Positions 1 through 8,913 of a stretch of DNA of 39,527 nucleotides are shown here, in pieces. The position numbers and the translations under genes are program-made. Each line of letters starts with the position of its first letter. The first letter of the stretch is position 1. The notes below the pieces were generated by a model, which worked only from the letters and a program-made list of their open reading frames with translations, did not search any database and was not told the origin of the DNA. The DNA is from Bacteroidales bacterium (lineage in GTDB: Bacteria; Bacteroidota; Bacteroidia; Bacteroidales; UBA6680). The DNA lies in the NCBI GenBank assembly GCA_016926405.1, contig JAFGOQ010000094.1, forward strand, positions 1 through 39,527, written 5' to 3'.

Positions 1-1
1 T

Positions 2-568
2 TTAAATAGCATAAACCTTATTGTGAACGAAATTTATAAGGAAGAGCAAACTTCTTATCACAAGGATATTAGAATATTTAATTTAATAAATAGAGACGTT
101 TCAACTTTTACTGAGCAGACAATAGATTCCATATATCTTTATTTAGCCGATGTTAAGAACTATTATGTTGCAATGTTTGGAAAATCTATTATTATGAAGG
201 ATGAGGTTATCAGAGAGATTGTTGATCGAGACTCTACCTCAAATTCATATATCAGCTGGATGAATAAGTACTATAACGAAAACTTAAAAAAGTTTGTTCG
301 TAACAGCGACGATAAGTATCGTATTCTTGAGTACAAGAATGAGTTGCATCAAAAGATAGATCCTATTTATTTTGACCCTGAAAGTAAAATTATAAAAGCA
401 CATTTTTTTGCCCCAGTAAAAAATATTTTCGGGATAAAGGTCTCTACTTTATGGGTTAACGTTATGGTAATTTGGTTGTTTTCGTTATTGTCGTATGGAG
501 TTTTGTATTGTAGGGTGGTGTATCGGATTATCGATTTTTTTAATAGTAAGGCTAAGGTTAAGAAATAA
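2..568 (+). CDS. C-terminal part of a large membrane protein, probably an ABC transporter (5' end outside window)
   Basis: The frame is open back to base 2. The C-terminal AHFFAPVK..FG..VSTLWVNVMVIW plus TM helix resembles the tail of large Bacteroidota ABC/ABC-2 fusion proteins (recognition only). Confidence 0.55.
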   Translation, partial: LNSINLIVNEIYKEEQTSYHKDIRIFNLINRDVSTFTEQTIDSIYLYLADVKNYYVAMFGKSIIMKDEVIREIVDRDSTSNSYISWMNKYYNENLKKFVRNSDDKYRILEYKNELHQKIDPIYFDPESKIIKAHFFAPVKNIFGIKVSTLWVNVMVIWLFSLLSYGVLYCRVVYRIIDFFNSKAKVKK

Positions 569-760
569 TTTGTAGAGACCTATGCTAGCAGATGTTTTCT
601 GTAGTGAGATTAGGGAGTATTTTACCTATCATTATTAGCTTTTAAGATTATAGTTTTTTTTATCTCTGATTATATAAACATTTACAAAAATCATATCTTT
701 TTGTTTTTTAATCTATAAATTAGAGACCGAAAAATAATCCCTAACAATTATACAATTACC

Positions 761-1615
761 ATGAGTAGTTCTGATATAAACAACAAAATTATACTAGTTA
801 AAAAAGCCTCTGGCGAGGTAGAACCCTTCTCTGTTGATAAGTTAAAACTGTCGCTGCAAAATGCTGGAGCACGTGAAGCTACAATTCAGCATATTATTTC
901 TGATATTGAGAATTGGATTATATCTGGTATTACAACAAAGAAAATATATAGACGTGCCTTCTCGCTTCTTCGTCGTGAAAAGACATTATCGTCGCTGCGA
1001 TATAGATTAAAGCAGGCTATATTGGAGTTGGGACCTACGGGTTATCCTTTTGAAGTGTTAATTGGTGAATTATTTAAACAAAAGGGATATAGTGTTGAGG
1101 TTGGTGTTGTTGTTGATGGACGATGTATTACACACGAAATGGATGTTATAGCAACAAATGGTAGAGATCAGCAGCTTGTTGAGTGTAAATACCATAAAGA
1201 TCAGGGTACTCAAGTTAGTGTGCAGGTGCCTCTTTATGTTCGCTCTCGTGTTGATGATATTATCTATCACAGACAAACAATGTCGGAATATAAAGGTTTT
1301 AAGTTCGATGGATGGGTTGTTACTAATACTCGATTTTCGTTTGATTCTACTAATTATGGAGAATGTGCAGGATTAAATCTTTTGGCTTGGGACTATCCTG
1401 TTGGTCATGGGTTGAAAGAACAAATTGAAAAATATAATTTATACCCAATAACTGTTTTGCAAAACCTTACTAAAGACGAAAAACAGAAACTTTTAAATAA
1501 GGGTGTTGTAACTTGTCTTCAGCTATCTGCTAATTCAGATGTTTTAAACGATTTTGATTTTGTAAAAAATAGATTTAATCTATTAATGGCAGAGTTAGCA
1601 GATGTTTGTAATTAA
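761..1615 (+). CDS. ATP-cone domain + Mrr-like PD-(D/E)XK restriction endonuclease domain protein
   Basis: N-terminal VKKASGEVEPFSVDKL ATP-cone motif; GYPFE...HEMDVIA...LVECKYH nuclease motif; WVVTNTRFS. Confidence 0.8.
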   Translation: MSSSDINNKIILVKKASGEVEPFSVDKLKLSLQNAGAREATIQHIISDIENWIISGITTKKIYRRAFSLLRREKTLSSLRYRLKQAILELGPTGYPFEVLIGELFKQKGYSVEVGVVVDGRCITHEMDVIATNGRDQQLVECKYHKDQGTQVSVQVPLYVRSRVDDIIYHRQTMSEYKGFKFDGWVVTNTRFSFDSTNYGECAGLNLLAWDYPVGHGLKEQIEKYNLYPITVLQNLTKDEKQKLLNKGVVTCLQLSANSDVLNDFDFVKNRFNLLMAELADVCN

Positions 1616-1643
1616 CATGCTCTACGCTGTTTTCTTTATATAT

Positions 1644-1684
1644 ATAACATAAAAGGCTATCATTACGATAGCCTTTTATGTTAT
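1644..1684. terminator. Bidirectional intrinsic terminator
   Basis: Perfect 18-bp inverted repeat ATAACATAAAAGGCTATC/GATAGCCTTTTATGTTAT between convergent genes. Confidence 0.85.
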
Positions 1685-1696
1685 TATTATTGGTAA

Positions 1697-2077
1697 TTAA
1701 TCTATTACTTCAATCATTTTGAAAGGTATTTTGATTATTGACTCATAATCTTCACCTGCTTCAAGCATATCTTCGTCGTCTTCGTCGTAGTACCAGTTAA
1801 TAGATACTTCGTTACCAGCTTTTTTAATTTTTTCAAGTTTTTTGAAAATATCAAGAATACATTTCGACGAACTAGTGTTGAAATATTCCAAATGCATTTT
1901 AACCGATGTTGTTGATTTTGGTTTTTTTGAATATTCGTTAATCCAGTCAAAAACAGGTTTGTAAAATTCAGTTGAGTTTTCTGGTATCGAACGACCTTTG
2001 AATTCAAGCATGCCTTTTTCTGCGTTAAGCAAAATTTCGGGAGTCTTGAGTGTTCCGTTAATTGTTAAGGTTTCCAT
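1697..2077 (-). CDS. siaC: SiaC-family (DUF1987) regulatory phosphoprotein
   Basis: TPEI...GRSIPEN..EFY.P...LEYFNTSSSK...WYY..DDEDMLEAGEDY signature; adjacent to a SiaB-like kinase. Confidence 0.85.
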   Translation of the reverse strand: METLTINGTLKTPEILLNAEKGMLEFKGRSIPENSTEFYKPVFDWINEYSKKPKSTTSVKMHLEYFNTSSSKCILDIFKKLEKIKKAGNEVSINWYYDEDDEDMLEAGEDYESIIKIPFKMIEVID

Positions 2078-2082
2078 ATTAA

Positions 2083-2679
2083 TCAGTTTATTTCTTTATT
2101 TATATTAATGTTTAAACGATAAAAATAACAATTGTCGTTTATCGCAGAAAATTTATAGTCTAATTTGTTTCCTGTTTTTCGTGCAATATCCATAAGTCCT
2201 AGTCCGCCACCGCCTTTATCCGAAAAAGTATCGTTGTTTAGAGTTGTTTTGTATAAATCTCGAAGTTGATCTTTACTTAATGAATTAATTTTTGATATCC
2301 TCTCTTCAAGATACTCTTTCTGTTTTTTTTGAATTAGGTTTGCTGTAGATATTCTAAACTTATCATCAAGTAAAGATAAAATAAAACAGCCAAATTTTTC
2401 GTTTTCGTTAATTCCTTCGATGTCTGTTGGGGTGTCAGAATGGTGATACAGATTTTGCAAACTTTCAACAAGAAGATGATAAACCCGTTTTTTAACAGCT
2501 GCCTTAACATTAATACATTCTAGTTTGCTTTCAACAATGTTTAATGTGTTAGATAGAATCTCAGGAGTTATGTCACCTTTAAAAGCTAACAAAACGTCTC
2601 CATTTATCATTTCTGTATAAAGATTTTCCAACTCTTTTTTTTTGTTGTTCAATTTATTAAAAGTATTGGTAGTACACAA
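2083..2679 (-). CDS. siaB: SiaB-family (DUF6272) protein kinase; start uncertain
   Basis: VESLQNLYHH and KGGGGLGLMDIARKTG motifs; directly upstream of siaC. Confidence 0.8.
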   Translation of the reverse strand: MCTTNTFNKLNNKKKELENLYTEMINGDVLLAFKGDITPEILSNTLNIVESKLECINVKAAVKKRVYHLLVESLQNLYHHSDTPTDIEGINENEKFGCFILSLLDDKFRISTANLIQKKQKEYLEERISKINSLSKDQLRDLYKTTLNNDTFSDKGGGGLGLMDIARKTGNKLDYKFSAINDNCYFYRLNININKEIN

Positions 2680-2700
2680 ATAAGTTATTTATAAATAATG

Positions 2701-4293
2701 TTAATTAGGGTATAAAAGTTGTGAGTACCTATTGTTATTTAGAATTTCTAAGGCTTTGTTAAATTCATGATTAGTAGTGTTTAATATTTTAAAGTATGCC
2801 GAAGTGTCCCAAATATCGCGCGCAATAAGGGCTTTGAGTAATACTTTAAGCTCTTTGTTCGATGTATTATAATCGCTTTCTGTACATTTAATATTATGTT
2901 TTATTGCGTATTCAACAAATTTATCAAAAAAGATGTCGGTAATAATATAATTGTCAATATAGTTACTGCTGTTTTTATATTTATTTAGGATATTATCACG
3001 GTTGTTATCTACAAACTCTATTACATAATCGTTAATAATTCCTTTATTGAGTGCTTCTCGGTAGAAGTTTGAGTATGAAGAAGTGTCAAGAGGGATGAAA
3101 ATATCGGGCAGTATTCCGCCGCCGCCATATACCAATCGTTTCGATTCTAATGTTTTATATTCTTTTGTTGAGTCTATTTGGAAATTATGTATATCGGATA
3201 ACTCACCCGATTTATACCTGTTATTTACGTCGTCGCTATACTTTGCCTTTATCCCTTTGTATGGTTTTTGAATTAGTCGCCCCGATGGAGTGTAGTATTT
3301 TGATGTGGTTAATCGAATAACCGATCCGTCGGGTAGGAGATATGCGTTTTGAACCAATCCTTTTCCAAATGAGCGGCGTCCAATAATTACTGCTCTATCC
3401 CAATCTTGTAGTGCACCCGAAACTATTTCGCTGGCTGATGCTGTTCCTTCGTCTATAAGAACTACAATTTTCGATTTTAACAATTTGCCATCGTCTGCTT
3501 CAACTCGGTATTCTTTCTTTTTTGAATGAAGTCCTTCGGTATACACTAATAGTTTTCCCTCTGTGAGCATCTCGCTAAGAATCTTTGTAGCAATCTCAAG
3601 ATAACCCCCTACATTTCCTCGTAGGTCGATAATTATGTTTTCTGCTTCACCTAGTTCGTCTATCTTTTGAATAAATTCGTCGTACGTTGTTTTCGAAAAT
3701 CTATTAATTCTCATGAAGCATGTTTTCTCGTCTACTCTATATGCAGCATCAATGCTTGTAATAGGTATAATATCGCGTGTAATTCTAAAATCAAGTAAAT
3801 TGTTCTTACGCTTAATTTTAAGATTTACTTTGCTGTTTTTTTCACCTTTTAAACGCGATGTTACGCCTATATCTGTAAGTTCTATGTTAGTAATGTTTTC
3901 GCCGTTTACCGATAGTATTCTGTCGCCAGCTCTAAGGCCTGCTTTATCTGAGGGGCCGCCAGGTATTGTTCCTACTATTAATAAGGTGTCTTTATATATT
4001 GAATATTGTATACCAATTCCTTCAAATTCGCCGTCTAATTGTTCTGTAATTGCCTGAACATCTTTAGCCGATATGTAACTTGAATGAGGGTCGAGGTATT
4101 CTAACATTTTTTTTATTCCTACTTCTACTGTGGCTTCTGTATTTATTGAGTCAACATAAAGTTGGTCAATATAAAATAGTACTCGGTTTATTTTTAGTGC
4201 TTGAATATTAAAACTATTTTCGTCGGTTTGAGCGAAAACGGAACTTGAAAGGGTTGTTAATATGCACGTTAATAGAATTAATATTCTGCTCAT
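2701..4293 (-). CDS. S41 C-terminal processing peptidase (PDZ)
   Basis: Signal peptide; LDPHSSY, FEGIGI PDZ, IDLRGNVGG, TASASEIVSGALQDWDR, SFGKGLVQ. Confidence 0.93.
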   Translation of the reverse strand: MSRILILLTCILTTLSSSVFAQTDENSFNIQALKINRVLFYIDQLYVDSINTEATVEVGIKKMLEYLDPHSSYISAKDVQAITEQLDGEFEGIGIQYSIYKDTLLIVGTIPGGPSDKAGLRAGDRILSVNGENITNIELTDIGVTSRLKGEKNSKVNLKIKRKNNLLDFRITRDIIPITSIDAAYRVDEKTCFMRINRFSKTTYDEFIQKIDELGEAENIIIDLRGNVGGYLEIATKILSEMLTEGKLLVYTEGLHSKKKEYRVEADDGKLLKSKIVVLIDEGTASASEIVSGALQDWDRAVIIGRRSFGKGLVQNAYLLPDGSVIRLTTSKYYTPSGRLIQKPYKGIKAKYSDDVNNRYKSGELSDIHNFQIDSTKEYKTLESKRLVYGGGGILPDIFIPLDTSSYSNFYREALNKGIINDYVIEFVDNNRDNILNKYKNSSNYIDNYIITDIFFDKFVEYAIKHNIKCTESDYNTSNKELKVLLKALIARDIWDTSAYFKILNTTNHEFNKALEILNNNRYSQLLYPN

Positions 4294-4396
4294 AGCTTCT
4301 GTGTTTAATGGTTATAACTAATAAATAATAAAACGCAACGGAGAATTATTATGAATGCTAATACGTGTATACAATTGTTTAAGTTTCAATAAGCAC

Positions 4397-4432
4397 AAAA
4401 AAAAAGGTCAACAAATTAATGTCGACCTTTTT
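4397..4432 (-). terminator. guaA terminator
   Basis: AAAAAGGTCAACA/TGTCGACCTTTTT stem with an A-run giving a minus-strand U tract. Confidence 0.7.
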
Positions 4433-4449
4433 AATATATCTGCTTTAAA

Positions 4450-5979
4450 CTATTCCCACTCGATTGTTGCAGGTGGTTTAGAGCTTATGTCGTAAACTAC
4501 GCGGTTAATTCCTTTAACCTGATTAATTATTTTATTCGATATTTTTGCAAGAAACTCGTAAGGAAGATGAACCCAGTCGGCAGTCATTCCATCGGTACTA
4601 GCAACGGCTCTTAAAGCAACACAGTTTTCGTATGTTCTTTCGTCGCCCATAACACCAACCGATTGAACAGGAAGAAGAATTACTCCTGCTTGCCATACTG
4701 TGTCGTATAAATTATCTTCTTTAAGACCATTAATAAAGATAGAGTCGGCCTCCTGAAGAATTGTTATTTTCTCTTGAGTAATATCGCCCAAAATTCTAAT
4801 TGCTAAACCTGGTCCTGGGAAAGGATGGCGGCCTAGTAATGAGTCTTTAATACCTAAAGCGCGACCAACACGACGTACCTCGTCTTTAAAAAGAAGGTTT
4901 AAAGGTTCAACCACTTTAAGATTCATTTTAGCAGGTAATCCTCCAACATTGTGGTGCGATTTAATAGTTACCGATGGTCCGTTTACCGATACCGATTCAA
5001 TAATATCTGGATAAATTGTTCCTTGACCAAGCCACTTAACATCTTTTATTTTTTTAGCTTCAATATCGAAAACATCGATAAATGTTTTACCTATTGCTTT
5101 GCGCTTAAGTTCAGGATCAGAAAGACCTGCTAAAGCATCAAGGAAAAGTTTTTTAGCATCGACACCAATTACATTAAGACCCATATTTTCGTACGAATCT
5201 AATACTTGTTGAAATTCGTCTTTGCGTAAAAGGCCATTGTCTACAAAAATACAAGTAAGGTTTTTACCAATAGCTTTGTTAAGAAGAATGGCAGCAACTG
5301 TAGAGTCAACACCGCCCGAAAGACCAAGAACAACCTTATCGTTGCCTAATTTAGTTTTTAATTCGGCAATTGTAGTCTCTGCAAATGAGTCGGGAGTCCA
5401 GTTTTGCGAGCATTTACAAACGCCAACTAAAAAGTTCGATAAAATATCTTTACCCTCTAACGAGTGATAAACCTCTGGGTGAAACTGAAGAGCATATGTT
5501 TGTTCGCCTTCAATTCGGTATGCTGCAACTTTAACATCGGCTGTACTTGCAGTTATTGTATAGTTAGCAGGAAGTTTTGCAATAGTATCGCCATGCGACA
5601 TCCATACTTGCGAATGGCTAGATATACCTTTGAAAAGAGCATCTTCTTTGTCAACAAACTCAAGGTTGGCTCTACCATATTCTCTTTTGTTTGAAGGAAG
5701 AACCTCGCCACCAAAACAGTGGGCAAGATGCTGAGCTCCGTAACAAACTCCAAGCAATGGTAATTTTCCTTTAATATTATCAAGATTTGGAACTGGCGCA
5801 CCTTCTTCTCTAACAGATGATGGACTACCCGAAAGAATTACTCCTTTAATAGACTCATCGATAGTTATCTCTTTGTTAAAAGGGTGTATTTCGCAGTAAA
5901 CATTTAGTTCGCGAACGCGTCGGGCAATTAACTGTGTGTATTGAGACCCAAAATCAAGAATTATAATCTTTTCCAACAT
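4450..5979 (-). CDS. guaA: GMP synthase (glutamine-hydrolysing)
   Basis: [50 protein letters not shown]. Confidence 0.99.
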   Translation of the reverse strand: MLEKIIILDFGSQYTQLIARRVRELNVYCEIHPFNKEITIDESIKGVILSGSPSSVREEGAPVPNLDNIKGKLPLLGVCYGAQHLAHCFGGEVLPSNKREYGRANLEFVDKEDALFKGISSHSQVWMSHGDTIAKLPANYTITASTADVKVAAYRIEGEQTYALQFHPEVYHSLEGKDILSNFLVGVCKCSQNWTPDSFAETTIAELKTKLGNDKVVLGLSGGVDSTVAAILLNKAIGKNLTCIFVDNGLLRKDEFQQVLDSYENMGLNVIGVDAKKLFLDALAGLSDPELKRKAIGKTFIDVFDIEAKKIKDVKWLGQGTIYPDIIESVSVNGPSVTIKSHHNVGGLPAKMNLKVVEPLNLLFKDEVRRVGRALGIKDSLLGRHPFPGPGLAIRILGDITQEKITILQEADSIFINGLKEDNLYDTVWQAGVILLPVQSVGVMGDERTYENCVALRAVASTDGMTADWVHLPYEFLAKISNKIINQVKGINRVVYDISSKPPATIEWE

Positions 5980-6007
5980 AGTTTGCTGTATTAGTTATTT
6001 TGGGATT

Positions 6008-6037
6008 CAAAATTAGGGAAATTATTTAACTTTTCAA
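6008..6037 (-). promoter_or_regulatory. Bacteroidota sigmaA promoter of guaA
   Basis: Minus strand TTG-N19-TAATTTTG, matching the -33/-7 consensus. Confidence 0.65.
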
Positions 6038-6216
6038 TAATTATGACAGAACAAAAACCAACTTTGTTTCTGTTGTATATGTCTCATGTAGTAAAGTTAG
6101 TAGGCTACTCTGTTTACAGTAAACATTGTGATTACCTCTTAATTTGTATCTATAGTGCCAGTAAGCACAACCAACTTCCATCTTCTAACTTTCAACTAAT
6201 TATTGTTTTTTACTTC

Positions 6217-6294
6217 TACTTCGTCGATTTCCGCTTTGCTCCAATTCAAATGCGGAGCATTCACGAACACCTTAATATAATATAGTGAGTGAGT
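6217..6294. repeat. Intra-repeat insert, copy 1
   Basis: Near-identical to 6371-6448 and at the same position inside the CRISPR repeat. Confidence 0.9.
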
Positions 6295-6370
6295 AATTTG
6301 TATCTTTAGTGCCAGTAAGCACAACATCCAACATTACGATTTTATGAAATGTAGTGTTGTGATTTGCTTT

Positions 6371-6448
6371 GACTTCGTCGATTTCCGCTTCGCTCCAATT
6401 CAAATGCGGAGCATTCACGAACACCTTAATATAATATGATGAGTGAGT
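6371..6448. repeat. Intra-repeat insert, copy 2
   Basis: 78 nt replacing the single C between GTTGTGATTTGCTTT and AATTTGTATC. Confidence 0.9.
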
Positions 6449-7557
6449 AATTTGTATCTTTGGTGCCAGTAAGCACAACTTTAGGTTCTACGGATACAGG
6501 CAGTATACAGTTGTGATTTGCTTTCAATTTGTATCTTTGGTGCCAGTAAGCACAACTATACATAAAGAATCTCGGTATACCAAGGTGTTGTGATTTGCTT
6601 TCAATTTGTATCTTTGGTGCCAGTAAGCACAACAATAGCCAACCTTTTAAATCAAGCCATTTAGTTGTGATTTGCTTTCAATTTGTATCTTTGGTGCCAG
6701 TAAGCACAACATACCGAGCTTTGTATCGCCCAACGTTATCGTTGTGATTTGCTTTCAATTTGTATCTTTGGTGCCAGTAAGCACAACACAGGAGGGGCAC
6801 TTTGATAACTCTAATTGGTTGTGATTTGCTTTCAATTTGTATCTTTGGTGCCAGTAAGCACAACAGCGTCACGTCCGTACTTATCGAGTAAAGTGTTGTG
6901 ATTTGCTTTCAATTTGTATCTTTGGTGCCAGTAAGCACAACTGTATAGTGATTTCGGTGATTACAACACTAGTTGTGATTTGCTTTCAATTTGTATCTTT
7001 GGTGCCAGTAAGCACAACTTTTATAAAATTTTGAACTCATGCATACTTGTTGTGATTTGCTTTCAATTTGTATCTTTGGTGCCAGTAAGCACAACAGCTT
7101 CGTTTTGTGATAAATTAGAGTTAACGTTGTGATTTGCTTTCAATTTGTATCTTTGGTGCCAGTAAGCACAACAAAGAAAATTCAAGTGCACTGGGTGCGG
7201 TGGTTGTGATTTGCTTTCAATTTGTATCTTTGGTGCCAGTAAGCACAACATCCCAAACTAGGACCAGTAACAGTGATTCGTTGTGATTTGCTTTCAATTT
7301 GTATCTTTGGTGCCAGTAAGCACAACGTTAACATTATCAAACAAAGTTCATAAAGTGTTGTGATTTGCTTTCAATTTGTATCTTTGGTGCCAGTAAGCAC
7401 AACCTACTGTTGCAACTAATCCAGTTCCAACAAGTTGTGATTTGCTTTCAATTTGTATCTTTGGTGCCAGTAAGCACAACTGGTATGATGTCGACGAAGG
7501 TGCTTATGTAGTTGTGATTTGCTTTCAATTTGTATCTTTGGTGCCAGTAAGCACAAC

Positions 7558-7673
7558 CTGCTGGCGCTAAAGATTTATTGTTCAGTGTAGTACGGGTGGG
7601 TTTACGATTGCTAAAACTATACACAAACTGCCGAATAGTACAAATAAGGAGAGTTTTTTTTTATCCTAATTAA
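7558..7673. promoter_or_regulatory. Probable acquisition-side leader of the array
   Basis: Non-coding stretch between cas2 and the perfect-repeat end; degenerate repeats are at the opposite end. Confidence 0.55.
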
Positions 7674-8012
7674 TTAAAATAGCTCTAATTGTTGTACCAT
7701 TTGTGGTTTATCTTTTGTTTTTTGTGCCTGAAAAAGTTCCATCGCACCAAATTGTTTGTCGGTTATTTTTATTATTCCTACATGACCATATTCGGGCAAC
7801 GACTGTTTTACACGTTTTATATGCACATCGCCATTATCGCGCGACAAACAGTGACGCAAATAAATTGAGAACTGAAACATACTAAAGCCATCGTTAAGTA
7901 GTTCTTTACGGAATTTTGATGCCACTTTACGTTGCTTTTTTGTTTCGGTTGGCAAGTCGAAAAATACCATTATCCACATAACTTTATAACTATTTAGTGC
8001 TTGTTGGCTCAT
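7674..8012 (-). CDS. cas2: CRISPR-associated Cas2 (112 aa; start reassigned to ATG 8012)
   Basis: [31 protein letters not shown], typical of type II Cas2; overlaps the cas1 end. Confidence 0.95.
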   Translation of the reverse strand: MSQQALNSYKVMWIMVFFDLPTETKKQRKVASKFRKELLNDGFSMFQFSIYLRHCLSRDNGDVHIKRVKQSLPEYGHVGIIKITDKQFGAMELFQAQKTKDKPQMVQQLELF

Positions 8013-8901
8013 AAAATGTTGGATAAATAATTTTACGTCTTGTTCCCTGATAGCATTCAAATAACGAGTTTGTGGTTCGGCTAACAGCAACCATTAGTGG
8101 GCTTCTTTTTCCATCAATTTCAACATCGGTAGTAAGTAATTGTAGAATATCGCGTTTAATAGCTGGTGTTAAATTGTCGTCAATAATATTTTCGTTAAAT
8201 AGCTTATAAACTAATTGGTCGGCAAAAGGTCGGTATGGTTCCATTATATCGTCGGCAAGGCAATACATATTATATTTGTTTGAATGGAACAATCCAAACG
8301 TGGGGTGCATTCCCGAACTTACTAAAGCTCGTGCAACAATGGCTCTTATTATAGCATAAGCATAATTTAATAGCCTATTAGGATTACCTCCGTCGGGGTT
8401 GCGCAAAAAATCATCGTCAAACAACTCTTTCCAATAGTATGCCGCTGCTCGTCCTTCGGTGTTTTTCGGATCGCCTGGGTCTACATTATCTTTTAACCAA
8501 TTAATGCGCGATGCCTCTTTGTTTAGTTTTGTTAATAATGTAGCCTGATTGTTGAGCTTACACTCTACAGTTTGTTTCCAAAGTTGCTTTTTTAATGGTA
8601 ACGAAACTTCTATTTGTGTCCGTATGCGCTCGGTCATTACATGGTTTCCGTTAAATGGCAACATTAACGATGCTGGCAAATGGCTTTGGTTACAGCTTAC
8701 TATAGCTGTTAAATTGTCTTGTAACGACTGTATTAATTGGTGTGTAATTGTTATCTGGGGGTTGTCTAAAACAATAATACCAATATCTTCTACAGGTATT
8801 GTTGCCCGACCATCTTTTTGGTCGGGCTTATCAATAACTAACTGTTTGTTTTTAAAGCTTAAATAGGCTGGGTTACCAAAATATAAAGTTCGTTTTATCA
8901 T
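7990..8901 (-). CDS. cas1: CRISPR-associated Cas1 (type II)
   Basis: [47 protein letters not shown]. Confidence 0.98.
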   Translation of the reverse strand: MIKRTLYFGNPAYLSFKNKQLVIDKPDQKDGRATIPVEDIGIIVLDNPQITITHQLIQSLQDNLTAIVSCNQSHLPASLMLPFNGNHVMTERIRTQIEVSLPLKKQLWKQTVECKLNNQATLLTKLNKEASRINWLKDNVDPGDPKNTEGRAAAYYWKELFDDDFLRNPDGGNPNRLLNYAYAIIRAIVARALVSSGMHPTFGLFHSNKYNMYCLADDIMEPYRPFADQLVYKLFNENIIDDNLTPAIKRDILQLLTTDVEIDGKRSPLMVAVSRTTNSLFECYQGTRRKIIYPTFYEPTSTK

Positions 8902-8913
8902 AGTTGTTAATTT

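Larger units (their letters stand above)
6125..7557 (+). CRISPR. Type II-C CRISPR array: 17 repeats, 16 spacers of 30 bp
   Basis: 14 identical 47-bp repeats GTTGTGATTTGCTTTCAATTTGTATCTTTGGTGCCAGTAAGCACAAC from 6510 to 7557 at 77-bp period; two 124-bp split repeats (6202-6325, 6356-6479); degenerate terminal repeat 6125-6171. Strand inferred from tracrRNA complementarity. Confidence 0.98.

Noticed and set aside
6027-6042. 13/16 match between the 3' end of spacer 6172-6201 and the guaA -33 region (possible Cas9 repression)
   Set aside because: AT-rich, three mismatches in the seed region, and the crRNA handle is degenerate; chance is likely.
6043-7251. Short ORFs across the CRISPR array
   Set aside because: They are translations of repeats and spacers with recurring peptides.
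7491-7499. TCGACGAAG in the newest spacer is complementary to the repeat insert
   Set aside because: Only 9 nt and not at the seed end.
8013-8090. Extended Cas2 N-terminus in the ORF track
   Set aside because: Deep overlap with cas1; ATG 8012 gives a normal-length Cas2.
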